Shown here: one piece after another, positions 1 through 8,341 of the stretch
Layout of the letters: every line of letters begins with the position of its first letter
Numbering within the stretch: position 1 is the first letter of the stretch
The notes under the pieces: generated by a model
Told to the model about the DNA's origin: nothing
Database searches by the model: none
Seen by the model: the letters and a program-made list of their open reading frames with translations, nothing else
Position numbers and translations under genes: made by a program
Assembly (NCBI GenBank): GCA_039683275.1
Contig: JBDKRP010000130.1
Span: 839-64,838 of the forward strand
DNA from: Methanoregulaceae archaeon
GTDB lineage: Archaea > Halobacteriota > Methanomicrobia > Methanomicrobiales > Methanospirillaceae
DNA length: 64,000 nt
Direction of reading: 5' to 3'

Positions 1-910
1 CACGGGCAGCCACCGGCATGTTGGAGGTGTTTGCGATAAGCACCGTCCGCTCCATAAGAGGTTTTCCGGACTTCGGGTCTTCCAGGTGCGGGAACTCGAC
101 CAGAACTTCGGTCATCTCGTTTCCGCGCTCACCGCAGCCGATGTAGACCACGATCTTTGCGTCACTCCATTTTGCAAGCTGCTGCTGGGTAACCGTCTTT
201 CCAGAGCCGAACGGGCCGGGAATTGCAGCGGTACCGCCCTTTGCAATCGGGAAGAGCCCGTCGAGGATACGCTGACCGGTGATCAGCGGAATGGTCGGGT
301 TCATCTTCTCGGTGACCGGACGCGGGACGCGGACCGGCCAGCGCTGCATCATCGGGTATTCCCTGCCATCTTCCAGGACAATAACCGTCTCTTCGACGTT
401 GAATGAGCCGGACTTGATCGTCTTCACTTTCCCGGGTTTTGCATTCGGCGGGATCATGACCTTGTGGACGATGTTCGTCTCCTGGACCTCCCCGATGATC
501 GTTCCGGGGAGGACTTCGTCGCCTGCTTTTATGAGCGGCTTGAATTCCCACTTCTTGTCCCGGGGAAGACCCGGAGCGGATACACCGCGCTCGATAAAGT
601 TGCCCATCTTCTCAACGAGGACATTCAGGGGCCGCTGGATACCATCGTAAATACTGGTAAGAAGCCCGGGCCCGAGCTCGACTGCCAGGGAAAGCCCGGT
701 GTTCTCGACCGGTTCCCCCGGCCTGATGCCGGACGTGTCTTCGTAGACCTGGATGATCACATTCTGCCCGTCAATCTTGATGACTTCACCCATCAGCGCT
801 TCGTCGCCGACTTTGACGACGTCGTACATGTGGGCATCAAGATTGACTGCGGTGACCACCGGGCCCGCAATCCGTTTTAATACACCCTTTTTAACTGTCT
901 TGTCTGTCAT
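1..910 (-). CDS. atpA: A-type (A1AO) ATP synthase catalytic subunit A, N-terminal ~303 codons; 3' end lies beyond the window start
   Basis: My own translation of the minus strand from the ATG at 910-908 gives [25 protein letters not shown]...[14 protein letters not shown] (Walker A)...[10 protein letters not shown]. The frame is open to the window edge, so it is absent from the ORF track. It starts 4 nt after the atpF stop, in canonical H-I-K-E-C-F-A order. Confidence 0.9.
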   Translation of the reverse strand, partial: MTDKTVKKGVLKRIAGPVVTAVNLDAHMYDVVKVGDEALMGEVIKIDGQNVIIQVYEDTSGIRPGEPVENTGLSLAVELGPGLLTSIYDGIQRPLNVLVEKMGNFIERGVSAPGLPRDKKWEFKPLIKAGDEVLPGTIIGEVQETNIVHKVMIPPNAKPGKVKTIKSGSFNVEETVIVLEDGREYPMMQRWPVRVPRPVTEKMNPTIPLITGQRILDGLFPIAKGGTAAIPGPFGSGKTVTQQQLAKWSDAKIVVYIGCGERGNEMTEVLVEFPHLEDPKSGKPLMERTVLIANTSNMPVAAR

Positions 911-914
911 TCAT

Positions 915-1217
915 TCACTTCCACAGATCGACGCCCACCGAACGCTTGATCTTCTCGCGGAGGGATTCGCCACTCTCTTCCCCGCCAATTGCAATAACGG
1001 TCGGCTTTACCGAGTTTTCCAGGGTAAGCCGCAGTTTGCGGGGAAGCCGGTCCATATCATTCGAGCGGAGTACAAGGATTCCCACTTCGCTGTCCTGGAG
1101 GGCGCTCGTGACGTATTCATGGAGTTTTTCATCGTTTTCTGCCGCGTAGGTCTTTCGGATCCCGGCAAGACGGAATCCGAGAATGAATTCACTGTTGCCG
1201 ATTACTGCAATCTCCAT
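915..1217 (-). CDS. atpF: A-type ATP synthase subunit F
   Basis: 100-aa [23 protein letters not shown].... Size, sequence pattern and position between subunits C and A fit subunit F. Confidence 0.85.
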   Translation of the reverse strand: MEIAVIGNSEFILGFRLAGIRKTYAAENDEKLHEYVTSALQDSEVGILVLRSNDMDRLPRKLRLTLENSVKPTVIAIGGEESGESLREKIKRSVGVDLWK

Positions 1218-2276
1218 CTACATCACCAGGCACTCGGCAATCTTGTCTGTCGGGAGGTTCGATTCCTTCCCCCGGGCAATCGCACGAAGATTGGTCACTT
1301 CGTACTTCTTCTTTTCCAGGTACACGAGAATCGGATGAATCGAGAACGGCGTACGCTTCGACATCCGCTCCATCTGCTCCAGCTGGACGCGGGTGAGGGC
1401 TATTTCGATGTCCCTGACCTTGCGCTCCTTTTTCAGGCTTTCCAGGAGATCGAGAAGCGCTTTCAGCTTGACTTTCCGCATCAGGGAGTCGATAAACTCT
1501 TCATGCTGCGGGATACTGTTCAGCTGCTGGAGCTCGTCGACCGAGAAACTGCCGCCCGGCACCATGATCTCACGTCCATCCTCCTCGAATTGATCGGCAC
1601 GGAGCCGGAAGAGGGTCTTGATATTTTTGATGTCAATATCAAGTTTTATGAACGCAAGGAAGAGATCCCCGCCTTTTACGCCGCTCTTTGCTTCTGCAAT
1701 CAGGTCGGCGTAAAATTCCTTGTAGAGTTCATTTTCGAGACGGGCGAAGGATCCGCTCTCCATCGCCGGCTGGAACTCCCGCACGAGGACGGGATACAGC
1801 CGGGTGTCCTTGAGAGCGTCCATAATCCGGTCCGGAGAATCCTCATTGAGCAGCCGGTCAAGGAAAACCCGGTCAAGGCTCCCTGCCGGGATCAGGACTT
1901 CCTTGATCTTCCCGGGCTTTACACCCTGGATTTTACCGCGGATGATCGTGAGGACATTCTGGATATCCCATCTCCGGAGATAAGCTTTCGTGAAATGCTT
2001 GAGGTTCCCCGGAGTGATCTGCAGGATGCGCTGGTACTCTTTTGCAAGGTTCCAGCTGACCGCGACCTCGATAAGATTCGTTCCCCTGAACGCAGTCGCG
2101 AGTTCGTCGATCTCCTGTTTGTACTCCGTCTCTTCGATGAACCGTGCAATCTCGGGCAGGCTCATGTTGAGAAGCCTCTGGTACTCTTCGCGGGGAATGA
2201 GCTTCGCCTTCCGGACACGCATACGCGTGCAGACGTAGATGTAGGGCGCTGGTCCGGCCCCACTCACTTCAGGCAT
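1218..2276 (-). CDS. atpC: A-type ATP synthase subunit C (V-type d homologue)
   Basis: 352-aa ORF directly abutting atpF (1217/1218). Length and operon position fit subunit C. Confidence 0.85.
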   Translation of the reverse strand: MPEVSGAGPAPYIYVCTRMRVRKAKLIPREEYQRLLNMSLPEIARFIEETEYKQEIDELATAFRGTNLIEVAVSWNLAKEYQRILQITPGNLKHFTKAYLRRWDIQNVLTIIRGKIQGVKPGKIKEVLIPAGSLDRVFLDRLLNEDSPDRIMDALKDTRLYPVLVREFQPAMESGSFARLENELYKEFYADLIAEAKSGVKGGDLFLAFIKLDIDIKNIKTLFRLRADQFEEDGREIMVPGGSFSVDELQQLNSIPQHEEFIDSLMRKVKLKALLDLLESLKKERKVRDIEIALTRVQLEQMERMSKRTPFSIHPILVYLEKKKYEVTNLRAIARGKESNLPTDKIAECLVM

Positions 2277-2288
2277 AAACGTTCCTCC

Positions 2289-2867
2289 CTATCCAAAGAG
2301 TGTATCTGACGCATCCTTCAACCCTGACTCCCAAATCCGGTTCAGGAATGTGCGGTAACTGTAGTCAATCGAGAGCTCACTGTCAGCGCTTTCGATTACG
2401 ATACCGCCATCGATATCGATTGCCTTCCCTGTGGAAAAACCCTTGAACGCACCGTTCCCTGCGATAACCTCCCTGAGAACCGCAAGGTCGCGTTCGTTGC
2501 ACCGGACGATCCCGGCAGGGATCTCCTTCTGGGCTTCCAGGAGGAGTTTTCCAATGGCTTCCCGGTGGAAGCTTGCGGGCAAACCGGCGATCTTTTTGAG
2601 GGCGTCTGCGTAGACGCTGTCAAGGAGCTTTTTCTGGGTGTTGAGGACTTCGCGCTTCACCACCAGGTGAGCTGCTGCGACATCCTGCCCGATAATGTGC
2701 CCGGTCTGTTTTTCCACTTCAGCTTCCATTGAGAGCTTGGTGGACTCGGCACGCTTCTGGGCGTCCGCGAGAATCTTTGCTACCTCATTTTGTGCGGAAG
2801 CGCGGATCTCCCCTGCCTCCTTCTGCCCTTTTGCCCGTATTTCTTCGACGACCGCTTCCAGTCCCAT
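2289..2867 (-). CDS. atpE: A-type ATP synthase subunit E (peripheral stalk)
   Basis: ORF 2289-3023 trimmed to the internal Met (MGLEAVVEEIRAKGQKEAGEIRA...), giving 192 aa. The N-terminus is a charged Ala/Glu/Lys coiled coil. The longer ORF would overlap atpK. Confidence 0.8.
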   Translation of the reverse strand: MGLEAVVEEIRAKGQKEAGEIRASAQNEVAKILADAQKRAESTKLSMEAEVEKQTGHIIGQDVAAAHLVVKREVLNTQKKLLDSVYADALKKIAGLPASFHREAIGKLLLEAQKEIPAGIVRCNERDLAVLREVIAGNGAFKGFSTGKAIDIDGGIVIESADSELSIDYSYRTFLNRIWESGLKDASDTLFG

Positions 2868-2877
2868 GGTCTCTCCT

Positions 2878-3141
2878 TCAGAATAATAAGAGGAGACCAA
2901 CGACGAGACCGAAAATGACGATCGTTTCCGGGATGACCGTAAAGAGAAGCCCGAGACCAAAGAAATCCTTGTTCTCGGCAATTGCGCCGACTGCTGCCGC
3001 TCCGATACCCATTTCAGCGACACCGGTACCGATACCGGCGAGGCCGACTGCGAGACCTGCGCCGACTGCCTTCATTCCCACTGCCGATGCCTGTGCTACT
3101 GCGACTTCAGTCGCTACGGTTGCTACTGCTTCTGTTGCCAT
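2878..3141 (-). CDS. atpK: A-type ATP synthase proteolipid subunit K (c)
   Basis: 87-aa Gly/Ala-rich hydrophobic hairpin (GLAVGLAGIGTGVAEMGIGAAAVGAIAE...VIPETIVIFGLVV) with a conserved carboxylate in helix 2. Confidence 0.85.
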   Translation of the reverse strand: MATEAVATVATEVAVAQASAVGMKAVGAGLAVGLAGIGTGVAEMGIGAAAVGAIAENKDFFGLGLLFTVIPETIVIFGLVVGLLLLF

Positions 3142-3143
3142 GA

Positions 3144-5114
3144 TTATTCCTCAGTAAATCTTCGTTTCATTCCAAATGGATTGTACTTCTTTCCCCCACC
3201 CTTGTAGAACTTGGTGAAGAACTCAACATAGTGTAAACGGATTGAGTGGAGACCTCCTCCGAGGATCCCCAGTGCGGTGTTCATCGCGTGCCCGATCAGG
3301 AACACGAGAATTCCGACAATTATCATTACGATGCTCATCAGGGAGAAATTCTCAAGCGATGGCTCGATGAACATCCCGATGGACATATAGTTCACGACCA
3401 TCGCGATAGCGACCGATGAGAGTCCCACCGCAACAAGACGGGTATACGAGAGCACGTGGCTGATGATCGTGGGTAACTCCACGAGTTCAAGTGCCGATTC
3501 CCGGGCGATACAGATCACACCGACAAGGATAAGGATGCCCCCGATAAGCGCTCCGAGCGTTATGCCGGCTGCAATTACAGGAAGTCCCGTCAGATCGATC
3601 ATATAAGGGATAGCAAAATTCGCCCAGATAGCGATCAGAATTCCCCACATCACGGCGAGCCAGCCGAAGTTGGCAAGGACTGCTTTCATCCGGTGTTCGC
3701 CATGATCCTGCCGGGCATGGTTAACCATGCCGAGTCCGCGGCCCAGCGTTATGTGCAGGACACCAATCCAGACGGACAGGACCAGGAGTGCAGGAATTGC
3801 AGCATCCGAAGCTCCGGCTTCGCCGCCGATACCCAAGTGCCGGCTGAAGATGAGGGGATGCCACGGAAGTTCGAATCCTAAGAATTCACTGAACAAGAGA
3901 CCGAAAATGATGGTTATGATGCTTGCGTTCCGGAGAGAGACAAGGAGCATTTTTCCTTCTTCTCCCTTCAGGAATTTCCGGAGCCCGAAGCACATCACAA
4001 GGAGAATCAATCCGTACCCGACATCTCCCAGGATGAGCCCGAAGAAGACCGGGAAGACGATCGAGACCATGAGGGTCGGATCGACCTCGGTATACCGGGG
4101 CCGGGAATAAACGTCCATTAACATCTGCGTCGGTTTCGCGAAGTCCGGGTTATGGTACTCCACAGGAACCGAATCGTGTTCAAGGTCAACTTCAATCTCG
4201 CTCGTAAAGATCTTTCCACCGGTTACCCGGTTTAAGCTTTCAGTAACCTCAGCGAGCTTTGCAGTCGGGACCCATCCCTCAGCAACAAACGTCTGGGCGG
4301 TCGTTGCGAACCGGAGGGGGGCCTCGGCCTGTTCCACATCTGACGACAGCAGCTCTTCGCATGCCATCAGGAATTCGGAGCGGCCGGTTTTGATCTCGTC
4401 AAGCTTCTTCGTGATCGATTCCATCTGGCTCCTGGCAGACGCTGCCTGCGAGTTCAGGTGGTCGATCCGTGCCTGTGCCGGACCGGTCTCTTCCGGTACC
4501 GGAACCGACTGGAAGCCGGCCGGGAAAAGCGCATTTTCAACTTCCTTTGCATGCTGCACAGGAGTGAATACCACGATGAAACTCGCCTCCTTCGAAGGGG
4601 CAAAATATTTCTCGTGGGGCGCTGCAATCGGGACATCTGTTTTGATGTACCCGGCGAAAACCGCAAGGCTCCGGTACCCGCGATACAGCTCCATATCAAC
4701 GGGAATACCGGCGAAAGGCCGGAGCATTTCTATCTTGCCTTCGGCCTCTTTTACCTGGGCATCCAGCTTCGAGCGTTCTGCGATAAGATCCTCGATCTCA
4801 CGCTCAAGGGCAGGGAGATCGGATTCTATCTTCGTTTTGATCGCAGATGACCGCTCCTTCCCGCTGGCTTCCATCTCCTCTTTTTTGAGAGAGAACGCAT
4901 TCGCGATGGAACGGATCTTGATCAGTTCGCCCGATTTTTCACTGGCGCCCGCAAGAGGAGTACCTATCCGGAACCCGGTATAGGTTTCCTTACCCTGCTC
5001 GACAAATTCCTCGATATGAAAGAGATTGTGACGGTACAGTTCGCGGATGACCGGCTCCATCTGCTCCTTGGAGGCTGCGATTAAGAGCCGGCTCATCTGC
5101 TCAGGCTTGAACAT
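3144..5114 (-). CDS. atpI: A-type ATP synthase subunit I (a-type stator)
   Basis: ORF 3144-5183 trimmed to MFKPEQMSRLLIAASKEQ.... It has a soluble coiled-coil N-terminal half and a multi-TM C-terminal half, and sits in the expected operon position. Confidence 0.85.
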   Translation of the reverse strand: MFKPEQMSRLLIAASKEQMEPVIRELYRHNLFHIEEFVEQGKETYTGFRIGTPLAGASEKSGELIKIRSIANAFSLKKEEMEASGKERSSAIKTKIESDLPALEREIEDLIAERSKLDAQVKEAEGKIEMLRPFAGIPVDMELYRGYRSLAVFAGYIKTDVPIAAPHEKYFAPSKEASFIVVFTPVQHAKEVENALFPAGFQSVPVPEETGPAQARIDHLNSQAASARSQMESITKKLDEIKTGRSEFLMACEELLSSDVEQAEAPLRFATTAQTFVAEGWVPTAKLAEVTESLNRVTGGKIFTSEIEVDLEHDSVPVEYHNPDFAKPTQMLMDVYSRPRYTEVDPTLMVSIVFPVFFGLILGDVGYGLILLVMCFGLRKFLKGEEGKMLLVSLRNASIITIIFGLLFSEFLGFELPWHPLIFSRHLGIGGEAGASDAAIPALLVLSVWIGVLHITLGRGLGMVNHARQDHGEHRMKAVLANFGWLAVMWGILIAIWANFAIPYMIDLTGLPVIAAGITLGALIGGILILVGVICIARESALELVELPTIISHVLSYTRLVAVGLSSVAIAMVVNYMSIGMFIEPSLENFSLMSIVMIIVGILVFLIGHAMNTALGILGGGLHSIRLHYVEFFTKFYKGGGKKYNPFGMKRRFTEE

Positions 5115-5430
5115 GCAGCTGCTCCTGGAACCGTGAGACCAGCAGCTCGACCGCACGCGGGAGATTCTTCTCTCCTTTCTCATTCAGTGCCGCGGCCTTC
5201 CGGCTGCCTTCCTTCACGATCTCATCCCGCTTTGCTAATGCCTGCTGCCGTGCATCTGCGAGACGCTTTTTCTTGTACTCTTCAGCATCATTCTGTGCTT
5301 TTACGATCAGGTTGTCAGCTTCCAGCTCTGCCTGTGAAATACGCTTCTTCTTCTCGGCTTCCGCCTCACTGATAACCGATCGATACTCATCTTCGGTTTT
5401 CTTGATACTTGCCAAAACCTCAGTTTTCAT
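5101..5430 (-). CDS. atpH: A-type ATP synthase subunit H (peripheral stalk)
   Basis: 109-aa highly charged coiled-coil ORF. It is the first gene of the operon and is preceded by the Shine-Dalgarno-like GAGAGGAGGG (5435-5444, minus). Its 3' end overlaps the atpI start. Confidence 0.7.
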   Translation of the reverse strand: MKTEVLASIKKTEDEYRSVISEAEAEKKKRISQAELEADNLIVKAQNDAEEYKKKRLADARQQALAKRDEIVKEGSRKAAALNEKGEKNLPRAVELLVSRFQEQLHVQA

Positions 5431-5475
5431 CCAACCCTCCTCTCACGCCATAACACCAAATATGGAGAAAATTTC

Positions 5476-5486
5476 CCATATATGTG
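5476..5486 (-). promoter_or_regulatory. Candidate TATA box of the atp operon
   Basis: The minus strand reads CACATATATGG about 50 nt upstream of the atpH ATG, in an AT-rich 258-nt gap. The spacing allows a short leader containing the SD. Confidence 0.35.
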
Positions 5487-5688
5487 TTGCTGTTTATGCG
5501 CTGACGAGTAGATAGCATTATTCCAGCCCAAAAACAGCGTAATCTAGATATTACTGCTTACACCCTATGAAAGTTACGAAATCTGGTTCGACCCGGAATA
5601 GTAGTTTTATTATTTTTATCAGATGGAAAAACGGTATCCTGAAAAAACTACAGGATTCCTTTCCTCAGGAGTGTCCTGAATAAATTCC

Positions 5689-6147
5689 CTATATTGTCGG
5701 GGGAATTGTCTCAAACGAGATAGCATCCGGAATGTTTGAGACCTCAATTCCCCCGGGAACTCCCCGAAGCACAATCCCGGCGAGTTCGTCCGACGAGCAG
5801 ATAAGGTGCTGCTCCGGATGCGTCCCCCTCCGGATACCGCAATTCAGTTCGATAACCGGCCCTGCGGAGATGACAATACGAAGCCTTCGGGAGCCGGGAT
5901 GATCTTTCGGAAGCACGATAAGCGGCATGCGATAGACCCGGACGAGATCGATCAGCATCCGCGCTGGTTCGAGCGGTCCGCCCTCCGGGGCAGAAGCAGC
6001 GACAAGGTCGCCCGGGGATAATCCCTGTACATATTCCCCTTCGGGAACCTCAATGCAGAGCCCCAATCCCGATATAACCTTCCCGACAAGAAGAAAAGAG
6101 TGGCTTCCCCGCAAAAGAAGGAAACCGCCATCGAGTTCCAGAAACAT
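5689..6147 (-). CDS. Hypothetical protein (152 aa), co-oriented with and 9 nt downstream of the zinc-ribbon micro-ORF
   Basis: ORF MFLELDGGFLLLRGSHSFLLVGKV.... I recognised no family. No competing ORF on the other strand. Confidence 0.55.
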   Translation of the reverse strand: MFLELDGGFLLLRGSHSFLLVGKVISGLGLCIEVPEGEYVQGLSPGDLVAASAPEGGPLEPARMLIDLVRVYRMPLIVLPKDHPGSRRLRIVISAGPVIELNCGIRRGTHPEQHLICSSDELAGIVLRGVPGGIEVSNIPDAISFETIPPTI

Positions 6148-6155
6148 GCAGCAGG

Positions 6156-6308
6156 TTATACTTCGGTAACGTCGTCAGACTGGCAGCTGGGGCAGACAGG
6201 TTTTCTCCCCAGGCCTTTGAACCGCTCCCCGCATTCGTTGCACCGGTAATCTTTTCCCTTCACCCGCTCCGAAAATTCGATATCAGTTGGTCCCCCTGCC
6301 GAACACAT
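6156..6308 (-). CDS. Small zinc-ribbon protein (50 aa, CxxC...CxxC)
   Basis: Hand-translated: MCSAGGPTDIEFSERVKGKDYRCNECGERFKGLGRKPVCPSCQSDDVTEV*. It is below the ORF-track size cutoff. A TATA-like TTAAATAA (about 6342-6349, minus) lies upstream. Confidence 0.6.
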   Translation of the reverse strand: MCSAGGPTDIEFSERVKGKDYRCNECGERFKGLGRKPVCPSCQSDDVTEV

Positions 6309-6403
6309 GGATAACTCACCAGTTGGAGATTCAATCCGGGATTATTTAATCGTGTTCCTTCACGAAGTCGCTTTGAAGGGCCCTTCCGTGACCGCAGGCG
6401 GAA

Positions 6404-8341
6404 TCAGATGAAGAAGTTGAAGGTAATGATCGAGATGATGAGCATGATACTGGCATGTTTGACGCCGCTTGCCAGGGAGCCTTCCCCAAGCTGTCCTGCA
6501 ATAAGCCCTGAGAAAAAGGCCTGCATCAGGCAGCTGTGGTACAGGAGACGCCGGAAGGTTGCAATCGAGACACTCCCCACACCGGAGAGGGCTCCGTTGA
6601 ATGAGGCTGCACCGCTTCCGGATGTGCTTACCTTTGCGAGGACCGGCAGGAACTGGTTGGTCAGGACCGCGACTACAAAGAGGAAGACAAAGAACGAGAG
6701 GTACACGACAGCTGTATAGATGAACATGTCCGACATACGCTCTCTCTTGAGGATCCAGGACATCTTTGCATCACTTGCTGCAATAGTCAGCACTTCCCCA
6801 ATCTGCCCGCTCATCTCGGCAGCTTTCGTGATGAGCGTTACCGTACGGGCGATGAGCGGCGTACTGATCCGTTCTTCAAACCGGATAAGTGCATCCGTGA
6901 AATGGGCTCCCCAGTCCATATCCCGCTTGATCCTTTTTATCTCGTAACTGAGAAGACCGAGATTGGTATTCACAAGAAGGGTAATTGTCTGGGCGATAGT
7001 AAGGCCGACCTTGTTGATGTTTGCCATCCTCTCCAGAAAATCAGGGATGAGATCCTCCAGACCCAGAATTTTCCTGACCCACATTTCATAAAAAATGCCG
7101 TACGGGATCATGATGATGAGGATGGCTATCACGATATGATCGTCGATAACATTGAGGAATACTTCGAGATCATTGTAATACGGGGTATTATAGAGAATAA
7201 GTCCAATGTAGAGAATCGCCACCGGTACGGTGATGAGGAAACTCCGGTTTACGTTCATCACGAACCCCTGGAGAGGATGCTTCAGCTGGTGGAGGATATC
7301 CCGCCACCGGTCGTACCTGGCGAGCTGGGCAAAGAGTTTTTCTTCCCCGGTCTTCTTTACACGATGAACCTCTTCGTATTCATGGAGCCATTTCTCCTTG
7401 TGGTACCGCTCCGCCCGTTCACCTTTGATTGAGATCATATCGATGAGAAGGATGAAGACGAGGGACCCGATTGGGAGAACTGCGTAGGTCACTGCGGTGA
7501 ACTGCAGGATGGCCGCTCCCCCGACCATCCCCATTACGACCATGATGATGATGAGAAAGAGCGGCCCCGCAACAAAGAGCGTGACGTAGGATTCAGCAAC
7601 CATCGAGAGGAAATTCAAAAACTGCTTCTGCTCGAACCGGGCTTCTTCCTGGTACAGCCGTACCCGCATCGACAGGAAGGCCGACATATCCCCCCCACTC
7701 TCGATGACTGACAGGAGATCTTCCAGGAAATTCTTCAGCTTTTCCGAGGGTGTGGTCTCGGTCAGGTGCTTGAGCGCGGTAACAACATCGTACCCAAAGA
7801 AATCCGCATCCCGGACTACCTGCCGGAACTCAAGCGCAATCTCCCCATAGATGTTAGAATTTTCCGAGAGTGACCGGAAAATGACCATCAGCTGGGCTCC
7901 CCCCCTGCGCATCGCATACATGTACGCGACCGCGTTGTGGATGGTCATATTGATCTTTGTTGCCCGGGTACTTTTCGCGAATCCGGGCATACGGAGCATG
8001 GTGCTGTAGGTCAGGTAGCTTCCAAAGACAAACGCGACAATTACCGCAAAACCCTGGAAGAAGAAAAAGATCGAGATTCCCCCGATGACGTCGGGAATCG
8101 GAAGATTGAGAACGTTATAGATCCCGATCTGCCCGCCGGGACGCACAACCGCAAAGAGCAGGGTTACAAAAAATCCGCAGATCGCAAAAAGAATTCCCAC
8201 TCCTCCGGAAACAAGGACCGCCTGCACAAGATAGTGCTCGAGCGTGATACCGCTCCGGGACGCAATCATGTCCGCATGCAGGCCCTGGAACCGGATGGGG
8301 TCCCGCTGGATCCAGCGGCGAATCAGGGATTGAAGGTTCAT
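6404..8341 (-). CDS. FlaJ/TadC-like type IV filament platform (polytopic membrane) protein
   Basis: 645-aa ORF with two T2SS-F-like repeats separated by TM bundles. Its ATG overlaps the stop of the upstream ATPase gene (ATGA at 8338-8341). Confidence 0.85.
   Translation of the reverse strand: MNLQSLIRRWIQRDPIRFQGLHADMIASRSGITLEHYLVQAVLVSGGVGILFAICGFFVTLLFAVVRPGGQIGIYNVLNLPIPDVIGGISIFFFFQGFAVIVAFVFGSYLTYSTMLRMPGFAKSTRATKINMTIHNAVAYMYAMRRGGAQLMVIFRSLSENSNIYGEIALEFRQVVRDADFFGYDVVTALKHLTETTPSEKLKNFLEDLLSVIESGGDMSAFLSMRVRLYQEEARFEQKQFLNFLSMVAESYVTLFVAGPLFLIIIMVVMGMVGGAAILQFTAVTYAVLPIGSLVFILLIDMISIKGERAERYHKEKWLHEYEEVHRVKKTGEEKLFAQLARYDRWRDILHQLKHPLQGFVMNVNRSFLITVPVAILYIGLILYNTPYYNDLEVFLNVIDDHIVIAILIIMIPYGIFYEMWVRKILGLEDLIPDFLERMANINKVGLTIAQTITLLVNTNLGLLSYEIKRIKRDMDWGAHFTDALIRFEERISTPLIARTVTLITKAAEMSGQIGEVLTIAASDAKMSWILKRERMSDMFIYTAVVYLSFFVFLFVVAVLTNQFLPVLAKVSTSGSGAASFNGALSGVGSVSIATFRRLLYHSCLMQAFFSGLIAGQLGEGSLASGVKHASIMLIISIITFNFFI

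Noticed and set aside
753-2309. 518-aa plus-strand ORF spanning atpA/atpF/atpC
   Set aside because: It is antisense to three ATP synthase genes that have clear family signatures. Its sequence is low-complexity and Arg/Leu/Pro-rich, typical of shadow ORFs in GC-rich DNA.
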